From Octopus bimaculoides (Eukaryota), in NCBI RefSeq assembly GCF_001194135.2, contig NC_068998.1:835284-899283 (forward strand): 64,000 nt of DNA, given 5' to 3'. Shown here one piece after another: positions 49,480 through 61,638 of this stretch. A program made the position numbers and the translations under genes. The stretch's first letter is position 1; every line of letters starts with the position of its first letter. Below the pieces are notes generated by a model. The model had not been told where the DNA came from and made no database searches. It saw only the letters and a list, made by a program, of their open reading frames with translations.

Positions 49480-50894
49480 TGGACTATTTTTTGTGTTTGA
49501 TTATCGTTATCAATAACAGGACAAATTATAAATACCTTAAAGTTGGAAGAGTATTATACTGAAAGGTTACGGGACACTAAATTAGTTTCGTTTTATGACT
49601 TTTACATCTTGTTTCTTTTTATAGCGCGTGTATGTGTGGGTGTGTGCATGTAAATTGTTTCAGATGTAGAACTGCAGCCATTTTGGCGCACCGCTTTAAT
49701 TTGTTAAAAAGTTTTAGAGTGTTTTTGCTCATGCCTTCAAAGGTGATGTCTTTGGAAGCTGACCGTATCCACCAGTTCGTGCATTAAAATTCTCTCCAAC
49801 GACGAAGTTTGAAACATGCTCCTCCAGGATTTTCCATTCGTATAATGATAACATATTTCTGTCTTGGCCAAGCTGGAGCATCGCCTTGAATAATTTTAGT
49901 CGAACGAATCAAAAACAGTAGCTGAAGATGTGTGTAGATCAGACATTGTTTTCTGTGAAGCGGAGAATACAGAAAGTTTGCCCTATCGTTAAGTCGGAAA
50001 GATTAATCAGCAGGAATCGAGTCTATTAAATCTTTTAAATTACTATCATAGTGATACAAAATATATCTAACCACTAACTGACGGTAACTGATGGTAAGTA
50101 AAGATTATTTGTCAACCTAATGTGGCAGTCCCGTTTGGGACGAATGCTACTGTTGTTTAGCCGTAGGAGACATCGTCTCCAGCTGGCTACACGACACACG
50201 ATCTGTATTTTTTATACAGTAAGTAACCGACCACTAATTTGATACTAAATAACTAGAAAGAAAAAAACTAACCAAATATCCATCATTAAATGCAGTTCGG
50301 CTGCTCTAGATCTGAGGAGAGTTCGATAATATCGATTGAATGAAATCTGATTTTGAGTGAGATTTAAAGTTCTTGCGTGTGGCAGCACGTGGATTGTAAT
50401 GTGGCTGACTAAGGAACCGCGAAACAGACAAGAAAAGGCACGACATTGATTTCAACTTGAAACAGAGAAACGTTAAGTGATGAAAACGACAGAATTTGAA
50501 TAATGAGAAGAGAAGATAATCTCAAGGAACAGGAATTCCCTGGAATTGAGAGGACGTCGTGAAAGAAATGACTGTCCTTTTCTTCCAGCGACAAGAGGAC
50601 AATTCTAGACACAAGTTTCCGACTGAAGAGCCATCATCAGCACAGCGGCTCTCGTGACTAAGACATACAAATAGTAGAGAGCATTTAAGGTGTGGAATAA
50701 TTTGGACGTCAGTTTGGTGTGGGCAGCGGTAAGTTGAAGACAAAATACTGCGGTCCAGTCTACATTTTGATATTCTATCAAAGAGTAAAAAGTTAAACAT
50801 AAACAAGTACGCATACATTTAGAATGTCCAGTAAAAAGAAGGAGATTCAAAATTACAATATCGTTACGAAGAAATTAATAACGAGTGAACTCAC

Positions 50895-50967
50895 TGCCGA
50901 AACCCGGGATCGAACCAGGGACCTTTAGATCTTCAGTCTAACGCTCTCCCACCTGAGCTATTTCGGC
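50895..50967 (-). tRNA. tRNA-Phe-GAA: tRNA-Phe (GAA), D-loop variant
   Basis: Reverse complement reads GCCGAAATAGCTCAGGTGGGAGAGCGTTAGACTGAAGATCTAAAGGTCCCTGGTTCGATCCCGGGTTTCGGCA. Confidence 0.97.
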
Positions 50968-51806
50968 CAGTCGGTTCAGGGAGCATATTCAAATATACTG
51001 ATTACTATTAATCAGTGGTAATTTTGTTGAATTGTTAGTTTGACTGTCTGTCTGTCTGTCTGTCTGNNNNNNNNNNNNNNNNNNNNNNNNNNNNNNNNNN
51101 NNNNNNNNNNNNNNNNNNNNNNNNNNNNNNNNNNNNNNNNNNNNNNNNNNNNNNNNNNNNNNNNNNNNNNNNNNNNNNNNNNNNNNNNNNNNNNNNNNNN
51201 NNNNNNNNNNNNNNNNNNNNNNNNNNNNNNNNNNNNNNNNNNNNNNNNNNNNNNNNNNNNNNNNNNNNNNNNNNNNNNNNNNNNNNNNNNNNNNNNNNNN
51301 NNNNNNNNNNNNNNNNNNNNNNNNNNNNNNNNNNNNNNNNNNNNNNNNNNNNNNNNNNNNNNNNNNNNNNNNNNNNNNNNNNNNNNNNNNNNNNNNNNNN
51401 NNNNNNNNNNNNNNNNNNNNNNNNNNNNNNNNNNNNNNNNNNNNNNNNNNNNNNNNNNNNNNNNNNNNNNNNNNNNNNNNNNNNNNNNNNNNNNNNNNNN
51501 NNNNNNNNNNNNNNNNNNNNNNNNNNNNNNNNNNNNNNNNNNNNNNNNNNNNNNNNNNNNNNNNNNNNNNNNNNNNNNNNNNNNNNNNNNNNNNNNNNNN
51601 NNNNNNNNNNNNNNNNNNNNNNNNNNNNNNNNNNNNNNNNNNNNNNNNNNNNNNNNNNNNNNNNNNNNNNNNNNNNNNNNNNNNNNNNNNNNNNNNNNNN
51701 NNNNNNNNNNNNNNNATCCGTTTCTTGTTTTCTGGTCGTCAATCTTATTAATGCACAAACTTTTCCCATTGATTTAAGAAGTAATGACAAAGATAAATGC
51801 TCAGTT

Positions 51807-51812
51807 GTCTCT

Positions 51813-51873
<61 letters not shown>

Positions 51874-51880
51874 AGGGACG
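51807..51880 (+). tRNA. tRNA-Asn-GTT: tRNA-Asn (GTT)
   Basis: Canonical sequence with T-loop TTCAA; T-run at ~51892. Confidence 0.98.
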
Positions 51881-52479
51881 ATTTATCTAAATTTTTTTTA
51901 AAGATATTTTAATATCACGTGGGTCATGAGTTCGAACCACACCAAAGCTACACTTCGCATTCCATTCGCATATGACGTCACGTATCTAAATTTTTTAAAG
52001 TAAAGGTTTCGTAGATTCTCTCTACCTCCTCCTCCTGTCGAGTGACCATGTAGCGGTTCTCTGGCTCGGTTTCTAATAAGAATGATAATCCTTTCTACAA
52101 GGCCTGGAACTTGAGGAGAGAAAGCATGGGCACACTGGGCAGATACCCATGTGCCAAACGGTGTGGGGGCCCAATTCTGATCTGTGTATGCGGTGGGCTG
52201 CTGTCAGTAAATAACTATCAGAAGGCTCTGCGCATTAGTTTGATGGGGTAGTGGATTAGTTCGACCCCTGTGTTCGACTAGCGATTATTTTATCGATACC
52301 GAACCGATGAATGGTAAAGTCGTCTTCGGCAGCATTTGAACTCAAAACGTAAGGATCCACAACAAATGCCACAAAGCATTTTCTCTTTACATAACATTTG
52401 AACCCTTTTTGACATGCATAAAAATAGTTGATCTTGTTTAAGAAAAGGAGGATTAAAAGAAAACATAGTAAGTGTCAAA

Positions 52480-52552
52480 TGCCGAAACCCGGGATCGAAC
52501 CAGGGACCTTTAGATCTTCAGTCTAACGCTCTCCCAACTGAGCTATTTCGGC
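52480..52552 (-). tRNA. tRNA-Phe-GAA: tRNA-Phe (GAA)
   Basis: Canonical metazoan tRNA-Phe on the reverse strand. Confidence 0.98.
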
Positions 52553-53301
52553 TTACAGTGTACGGTTTTCTCTATTTAACTACTGATTACTTTTTAATGG
52601 TATTGAATGTTAAATTACATCGTTATAGAGACATTAATTGAGCGAAGAGGATATGAACAAAGAAGAAGAGAGTGTCAAATGGGTCGTGAGATCAAACTGC
52701 ACCAATGCTGCTCTTCACATCTCATCTTTCTATGACGTCACTTTTATTGCTTTGCATCGAAGTCTAGAATTTCTCAGTAAGAATCTTCTAAACTCTCTGT
52801 CTTTACCCCCCGTCCCCCCACCACATTCTTTTTGTTTAGAGAATTCCCAGTGTTTGTAAATACGCGGCTGAGTTGGTGTTGGTTGAAGTGTCGATGCATA
52901 CACCCAAGTGTGAGCCTCGCTTCACATAAGAATCCCGTATGTATGTATGTATGTATGAATGTATGTGGGGAACCTCAGCACAATATCCGTCCAGCAAGTT
53001 CTTCTCTCAAAAGGCTATGTTAGAAGGCAGTTGCCCATCGTGTCTCACAGTGGGTTCGAACATGGAACCACGTGGTCGCAATGCGAACTTTTTAACCACA
53101 CAGCCACACCTGTACCAAAGGCTGTCAAACTGAAGTGTTTTTCACATCAACATATTTCCTTCACCGTCTTAAACCACCACCATCACCACCACCTATCACC
53201 CCCCACTTATCGTAACAGTCACAAACGTATCAGTTTCTTGTTCCCTGAACCCAAACTTCTCCGTTGATTTAAGAAGTAATGACAAAAGCTGCTGTGTCGA
53301 T

Positions 53302-53307
53302 GTCTCT

Positions 53308-53368
<61 letters not shown>

Positions 53369-53375
53369 AGGGACG
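53302..53375 (+). tRNA. tRNA-Asn-GTT: tRNA-Asn (GTT)
   Basis: Identical to the 51807 copy; long T-run downstream. Confidence 0.98.
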
Positions 53376-53994
53376 ATTTATTTATTTTTTTTTTTTAAAG
53401 AAAAATTTTAACTTTTGAAGTTTTAACTTTTGAAATGATCCTGGGTTCATAATAATAATGGTTTCAAATTTCGGTACAAAGCCAGCAATTTCAGGGAAAA
53501 GGGTAGATCGATTATATCGGCCCCACTGCTCAACTGGTCCTTCTTTATTGATATGAAGAATGGATAATAAAAGAAAGTTTTTAAAAACTGAGGTAGAAGG
53601 CCCCACCTAAACCATCATACTTTCCTCTTCTTCACAGCAGAGAAATATCTAAANNNNNNNNNNNNNNNNNNNNNNNNNNNNNNNNNNNNNNNNNNNNNNN
53701 NNNNNNNNNNNNNNNNNNNNNNNNNNNNNNNNNNNNNNNNNNNNNNNNNNNNNNNNNNNNNNNNNNNNNNNNNNNNNNNNNNNNNNNNNNNNNNNNNNNN
53801 NNNNNNNNNNNNNNNNNNNNNNNNNNNNNNNNNNNNNNNNNNNNNNNNNNNNNNNNNNNNNNNNNNNNNNNNNNNNNNNNNNNNNNNNNNNNNNNNNNNN
53901 NNNNNNNNNNNNNNNNNNNNNNNNNNNNNNNNNNNNNNNNNNNNNNNNNNNNNNNNNNNNNNNNNNNNNNNNNNNNNNNNNNNNNNNNNNNNGG

Positions 53995-54130
53995 ATGAAC
54001 AGGGATATGATCCAGGGGCCGAGAACGCTGGAGGTCTCTACTGCAACAGGCTCGGCCATAAACTTGTCACAGAGCGAGTAGTTCTTTTTTTGCTTCACTG
54101 TAAACCCTATGTTGTGGCACCTAGCCAGTT
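53995..54130 (-). mobile_element. CRE-clade RLE endonuclease C-terminal fragment
   Basis: KQKKNYSLCDKFMAEPVAVETSSVLGP resembles K..KY..L...F.PVAVETxGxxGP; truncated by a gap. Confidence 0.55.
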
Positions 54131-54245
54131 TTGGCTTCCTACATATTGATGCGCCTAGATTCTAACGAACCCTATTACTAATCTATCTCTCTATCTGTCT
54201 ATCTATACACATATATACATACGCGCGCGCGCATGAACACCTACG

Positions 54246-54283
<38 letters not shown>

Positions 54284-54569
54284 TGCAGCTCACACTGGCA
54301 AATATATATTAATACGTGTACGGAAAGTTGTGTAGGTGTATGCAGATGTGTCTGGCAGTATCTCAGAGAACTGAGTTCAAATTCCTGTGTGGTTCACTTT
54401 GCCTGCCATCGTATTAAGGTCTATAATGCGCACCCCCCGCTCCCCGCCCACCGCCATCCGTTCAAATAACCTCAGTAATATTCTGGGTCGATGTAACTAA
54501 CTGCTTTCATCTACTTCTATAATTGGTGCGCTGCCAATGTCAGGAACCGAAATATGTTAACACGCGCAA

Positions 54570-54630
<61 letters not shown>

Positions 54631-55311
54631 GCGTGTACCACAAACATGCACGTGTCCACGCCTGCTCAGGTAAATGTCCTCATAACTATATATATAGATA
54701 TATGTGTGTGTGTGTGTGCATGTATACATACATATATGTATACATATATGCATGTATATATATCATTTGTATTNNNNNNNNNNNNNNNNNNNNNNNNNNN
54801 NNNNNNNNNNNNNNNNNNNNNNNNNNNNNNNNNNNNNNNNNNNNNNNNNNNNNNNNNNNNNNNNNNNNNNNNNNNNNNNNNNNNNNNNNNNNNNNNNNNN
54901 NNNNNNNNNNNNNNNNNNNNNNNNNNNNNNNNNNNNNNNNNNNNNNNNNNNNNNNNNNNNNNNNNNNNNNNNNNNNNNNNNNNNNNNNNNNNNNNNNNNN
55001 NNNNNNNNNNNNNNNNNNNNNNNNNNNNNNNNNNNNNNNNNNNNNNNNNNNNNNNNNNNNNNNNNNNNNNNCAACGTGACACTCTTTAATCAAGCTGGAC
55101 CTTTCACTTACACACGCATACCATTCGGCGCGCTTCCAGAAAGTTTCCGCCAACAAAATGCCTTTCATAGGGTTTTAGAGAACAATAAAAATGAATTGAA
55201 AAAGACGAATAATGAAAATCAGGAGCGCAACGACGGATATATCTTAATATGTTGGACTGGTTCAAACTTCGTGAGACGCAGTTTCGTGTGTGTGTGTGTG
55301 TGTGTGAGTGC

Positions 55312-55351
<40 letters not shown>

Positions 55352-55651
55352 GTGTGTAAAATAACTTTGGTGTTAGTTTTATAACTCGAAGCGGAAACAA
55401 GCCTGACGTTAGGTTTCTTTAGATTTAATGACTATAAATCCGGAGGGGAATGTATGTCTGCATGTATGTATGTATGTATGTATGTATACAAATGAGCGTG
55501 AGTCGGTATATATAATACATCTCTGTATATATTTTATAAATATGTATCTGTAAATACATAACTATATACATGCATATATACATACGTACATATATATATG
55601 CATGCATATATATATGTATGTATGCATATATATACATATATATTTACATAC

Positions 55652-55692
<41 letters not shown>

Positions 55693-57002
55693 NNNNNNNN
55701 NNAATATTATACGTATATATATATATATATATATATACATAAATATATATGTATATAATACATGCACACGCACACATACACACACACATACACACACATA
55801 TTCCATTCGAGTGTTGGGTTAAAAATGCTGCCTGTTGGAGAACGGTGGGTCGCAGATGATAACGAAATGCAAGGGGTAAGATAGCTGTGTGTGTGTAAGG
55901 GAGAGGGAGATTGAAAGAGACAGACCGACAGATAAACGGGGTCCTAAGGCAACGAGAAGCGTGTTGATGAGAAGAGGTGCGTTTAATAAGAGCTCCACAG
56001 GCTGTTAGTTGTAGTATAACCATAAGTGTTCATGGAATGTGTTTAGATACGTCTAGCGTTTCACCTGATGTCACCCTTCTAGAGTTTCCCAACCGATATC
56101 TGATACACATACATACGTACGTACATACATATATGCATATACACACGTACACATACACACTCATACACACTCACATACGCAGGCGCACATATACAATTCC
56201 TACATACATGACTACACACATACATATGTACTTATTTACATACATACGGGCATATGCATGCAAAGTTACAGACATATTTACATATCTCTATTCACGGCAA
56301 CATTTCACCTTCAGGATTGCCATCGATACTTGGCGATCTAAATCTATCTTATGATATCCGTTCCGTCAATAATCACAGCGAATGTATTTATATTTGTTTG
56401 AACGAATTTCACTGAAATCAACCGTAAAATCAATCTGTAATCATTGCTGGGAGCCACCTTTTGCCAACACAGTTGTTAGAGTTCCCCCCACTAACATCCT
56501 GCAAATGGTCTTTAACGACCATGGATTTGTTGCAGACGTGAGGTCATGTGATGTATTTGATTGTATGTACTGAAATACGAAGATCCCCTTCCTGCTGCCC
56601 CTCAAATCTTGGCGTCTATAAACACAAATGACAAGGAACAGTTGCAGGGCTTAAGGTTTTCAGTGAAGTTTTGATGATGTTTATTTTGAGTGACACAAGA
56701 GAGACATTCAATAAGAAAATTCTTGCCTTATGGCAAGTCTGCCACAAATTGTTGAAACACTCGTCACATTTGGGTCAAGGGCAGCCACAACGTGGTTTTT
56801 CTGTGTTAAAATATATTTAATATTAACAAAACTGGCACAACATGTTCATGGTTCAATAATGATGAGAGTCATTAACCACTTCACTGTTTCTTGTTACGAA
56901 TTACAATTTGTGTGTGTTTTTTATAGTCCGGTTATTCAGACGTAGCCTCGGTAACCTGGGGTTATTTTTCCTTAGCACGACACACTTACAGACAGACAGA
57001 CA

Positions 57003-57041
<39 letters not shown>

Positions 57042-57121
57042 TCTCTCTCTGTCTGTCTCTCTCTCTGTCTCTCTCTCTCTCTCTATATATACATACATAC
57101 ATATGTATATTTCTATAAACT

Positions 57122-57211
<90 letters not shown>

Positions 57212-58998
57212 AACAGACAGATAGATAGATAGATAGATAGATAGACAGATAGACAGATAGATAATGAGAAATGGAACCAGAACCAAAAGGGAGAAACGGT
57301 TGACTGACACAGCATTGTGGTATTCCTATGTTTAGAACTCATGTCCCCCTCAGATATATAACGAGGGGAGCCATAGCAGAACATGTTGTTCGTTGAAGGA
57401 CATGTATTGACAGAGTAAGTGAAATGAAATTGTTTGCAGGCGGGAATCGAAAACCTTTTGCAAATCTGTGATCAACGCTACCTTGCCCATGGCCCTAAGT
57501 AACATTGGTTCCAAATTTTGGCACAAGGCCAGCAATTTCGGATGGGTGGATGGGTGGGGAGTAAGTCGATTATATTGACCCCCAGCGCTCAACTGGTGCT
57601 TATTTTATCGACTCCGAAAGAATGAAGGGCAAAGCCTTTCGTCCGGCGTGCTAACGATTCTGCCAGCTCGCCGTCTTTGGTTCCTATTGATTTTGCGTTT
57701 CATTCGCACAAAACCCGACACAGATATGGAAAAGAGTGGAATCGATTGAATGGACCGTGGTGTATGACTGGTACTCAATGTGGTTGACTATAGAGATACT
57801 CCACGCGAGGCTAGACCAACAAGAAAAGGCAGCTAAATCTCCCTCGGGTTACATTCTGACGCCTTCGAAGACACAGTGATTGTTAGAGTTTTGAATCTAG
57901 AAAAAAAGTCGGGATGGTCAGGGCTGGAATATCTTTGTCGGGGCTAAACAATAGCACACCGATAAGATCTTTTTTCTTTTTCTTTTTCTTTTCTTTTGAC
58001 CCTGGGGAAATATAACGTAAAGTGAATGCTTGTAAGATTTGAACCCGGAATCTAGAAGGCTAAAACTAAATAAAGAATTAGATATACATTGTTAGGTAAA
58101 GCTAGCATCATTTCTACCACTGCGGCAGCTCATATCGCCNNNNNNNNNNNNNNNNNNNNNNNNNNNNNNNNNNNNNNNNNNNNNNNNNNNNNNNNNNNNN
58201 NNNNNNNNNNNNNNNNNNNNNNNNNNNNNNNNNNNNNNNNNNNNNNNNNNNNNNNNNNNNNNNNNNNNNNNNNNNNNNNNNNNNNNNNNNNNNNNNNNNN
58301 NNNNNNNNNNNNNNNNNNNNNNNNNNNNNNNNNNNNNNNNNNNNNNNNNNNNNNNNNNNNNACCATCATCAACCCTCACCCCCTCCTACACCTTTACTAT
58401 CATCACTGCTACTGCTACCATTATCATGATCCCCTCCACAACACTACCACCGCCACCACCACCGCCACCACCACCACCATCACTGCTATGACGACGACGG
58501 CAGACCCCGCCCCCATCAGAGTCACTGTCACCGCCGCCTCCGCTGTCACCCCCATCGTCCCCATCACCATCATCATGATCGTGACCATAACCGTCATCAC
58601 CATCACCATCACCATCACCATCACCATCACCACGATGCTCTCTCTCTCTCTCTCTCTCAGCCAATAGACACCCGTTGTGGCAATCATTGTGCTCTCATCT
58701 TTCCCATAATTAAGTGATTATATCTTGTTAATTAGGAAAGTTACGAAAGAAAAAAAAACTGAGGAAAAACAAATTTAAACAAAAATAAAGACAAGAATAA
58801 ATGTGAATGATTCCATCCAGAAAAATGTATAGTATGATAGTCAAAGTAATCTATGTTTGCTAAAAATAACAGCCAAGTCTCTCAAATAACAGCCTGTCTT
58901 ATAGAAAGGGGAAACACATTAGTCGTACTTTGAGTTTGAAAAATAATATAAAATAAAATATAATTAGTATATTGTATAATTGTATTATAACAGATATA

Positions 58999-59700
58999 TC
59001 AGGTCATCTCATAAGTTCTGTTCGAATTTTGAATAAAGAAGACAAGTGATCAGATGTTATATTTAATTGAAATTTAATCATCAATGTACTTTCCCTGATT
59101 ATCCATGACTTCCTTCCATCTATTTACAAGCTTTTTAATCCCACCAATGTAAAACATTTTTGGTTTCAAAGCGAAGAACTCTGAAATGTCAGTTTCGACN
59201 NNNNNNNNNNNNNNNNNNNNNNNNNNNNNNNNNNNNNNNNNNNNNNNNNNNNNNNNNNNNNNNNNNNNNNNNNNNNGAAAGTTATGCCCCCCCCCCCAAA
59301 TGATTCTGTAAACTACGAAACAAATGGTAGTCTGAAGGAGCAAGGTCGGGGGAATAAGGTGGATGAGGAATTTTTTTCCCAACTAAACTCTTCGATCTTC
59401 TATGATGTGATCTTTGCAGTGTGGGGTCGCGGATTGTCCAGATGAAACATCACTCCTTTTCGATTCACTAAAGCGAGGTTTTTGTTTTTTTTCTTCAAAG
59501 CTTGGTTCAAACACTCTGATTGCTGACAGAAGACTTGAGCATTGATTGTTGCATTAGGTGATAACAATTCAAAGTGAATTACTCCTATGCAATCCCACCA
59601 GATAGAGAGAAGACCCTTTCTCCTATGAAGTTCCCTTCTCAGTTGTGGTTGAGCTTTTTCCCTTTTTCTAAGCCACTGTTTACAACATTTAACATTTCAA
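58999..59700 (-). mobile_element. Mariner (D,D34D) transposon 3' half with terminal inverted repeat
   Basis: SIWWDCIGVIHFELL, VNRKGVMFHLDNPRPH, WEKIPHPPYSPDLAPSDYHLFRSL, FY.GGIKKLVNRW; TA followed by TIR tcaggtcatctcataagttctgttcga at 58999. Confidence 0.9.
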
Positions 59701-59704
59701 TTAT

Positions 59705-59857
59705 GCTGCAAAGACATCACAAAAAAAGAAAAAAAGCTACTCAGAGTTTCACGTTCCCGTTCATCGGGCAATTGTGGTTCTTGATCGCAGCTGCCCGACG
59801 AACGGAAACGTGAAACTCTGAGTAGCTTTTTTTCTTTTTTTGTGTTGTTTTTGCAGC
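59705..59857. repeat. 153-bp palindrome (~65-bp arms)
   Basis: gctgcaaagacatcac...ttcatcgggca pairs with tgcccgacgaa...gtgttgtttttgcagc. Confidence 0.9.
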
Positions 59858-60056
59858 TTTTATAATTAAAAAAAAAGTATCGTGGCTTAGTGTTTAGGGT
59901 CACAATCCTTAGTGGTCACAATGCCTAGGTCGTGAGTTCGAGCAAGATACACACACACACGCACGCGTGCGCGCATGTATGTACACGCACACATACGCAC
60001 ATGAAAAGAGAAAGAAAGGGGAGGAAAATGAGATAAAGAGAAATACGCATGTAAAG

Positions 60057-60087
<31 letters not shown>

Positions 60088-60539
60088 CAAGCTGACACAT
60101 ACGCACACAAGCATACATTTACGTTAATATGTATGTATAATGCCACACACACACATTTGTGTGTGTGTGTAAGCGAGGGAGGTGGAGGTAGGGAAAGAGA
60201 TAAAGAAACAGAGATAAGGTCGGTTGAGCGTTTGTTTGTTTGGTGCCAATGATGCCGTTAAGAATGGTAAGAATGGTACCGTCAGAAACTTTGTAAAGAT
60301 GGTAAATGGAACGAAAGAACTGGAAATATATTGCGAAGAGACAACGAGACAAGATGCGTGAATATATATCACAAGTTAGAAAAATTAAAATGGAACACAC
60401 ACATACACACACACGTTGCATGGTGTAATGTAGGTGTGTGTATATCGCGTAGAGAAGCGTGCGAGTGTATAGCAGGTATACACTCGCATACATATATGTA
60501 TATATAAACGTTCTATTTATATATATAGGTACAGCCGAA

Positions 60540-60645
60540 CACGACGACGATGACGACGACGACGACGACGAAGAAGAAGAAGAAGAAGAAGAAGAAGAAG
60601 AAGAAGAAGAAGAAGAAGAAGAAGAAGAAGAAGAAGAAGAAGAAG
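60540..60645. repeat. (GAC)n-(GAA)n triplet array
   Basis: Read directly. Confidence 0.95.
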
Positions 60646-60905
60646 ATGTAGATGAAAGGGAGGTGTCGGTGGTGTCAGTGGTGGTGGTGGTGGTGTTTGT
60701 ATAAAGGTAGATGTGAGATGTGAGAGGATGACTGTATATGGTGAAGAAGATGTTGGCAAGGGAATGGGAGTGGAGGGTTGGTAGAGATTACACGGATGGC
60801 AAAGTGGGTAGGGCAGACACACACACACACACACACACACATACACATGTACAATCGGATGTAAGCACACGCACCCAGCACGCATACACACATATATACT
60901 TATGG

Positions 60906-60962
<57 letters not shown>

Positions 60963-61046
60963 TGTATGGGTGTGTATATAAATTTATTTCAATCTATACA
61001 GATAACTGAATAAATGGTTTGATAGACACGCACATATTTACATATC

Positions 61047-61086
<40 letters not shown>

Positions 61087-61603
61087 CATACATACATACA
61101 TACATACATACATACATACATACATACATACTGTATGTATGTCTATACACATACACACGTTCTCATAGACAAGCATATATATATTCTTTCATTTGTTTCA
61201 GTTATTTCCCTGCGGCCATGCTGGAGCATCGCCTTTAGTCAAACAAATCGATCCCAGAACTTATTCTTTGTAAGCCAAGTACTTATTCTATCGGTTTTCA
61301 CTGAATCGCCAAGTTACAGGGACGTAAACACACTAACATCGATTGTCAAACGATGGTAGGGGACAAACACAGACACAAACGCACACACATAAATATATAT
61401 ATATATAAGTACACACACACACACACACACGACGGGCTTCTTCCAGGCTATAGTAGAAGAGAATTGCCCAAGGTGTCACGCAATGGGACTGAACCCGGAA
61501 CGTGTAGTTATGAAGCAGGCTTCTTATTTCTTTTTTGCCCACAAGGGGCTAAACATAGAGGGAAGCAGGCTTCTTACCATACAACCACTTCTACATATAT
61601 ATA

Positions 61604-61638
<35 letters not shown>

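Noticed and set aside
50605-50650. Minus-strand CUGAUGA...GAAAC...GUC hammerhead candidate
   Set aside because: Stem I cannot form and the G10.1-C11.1 pair is missing.
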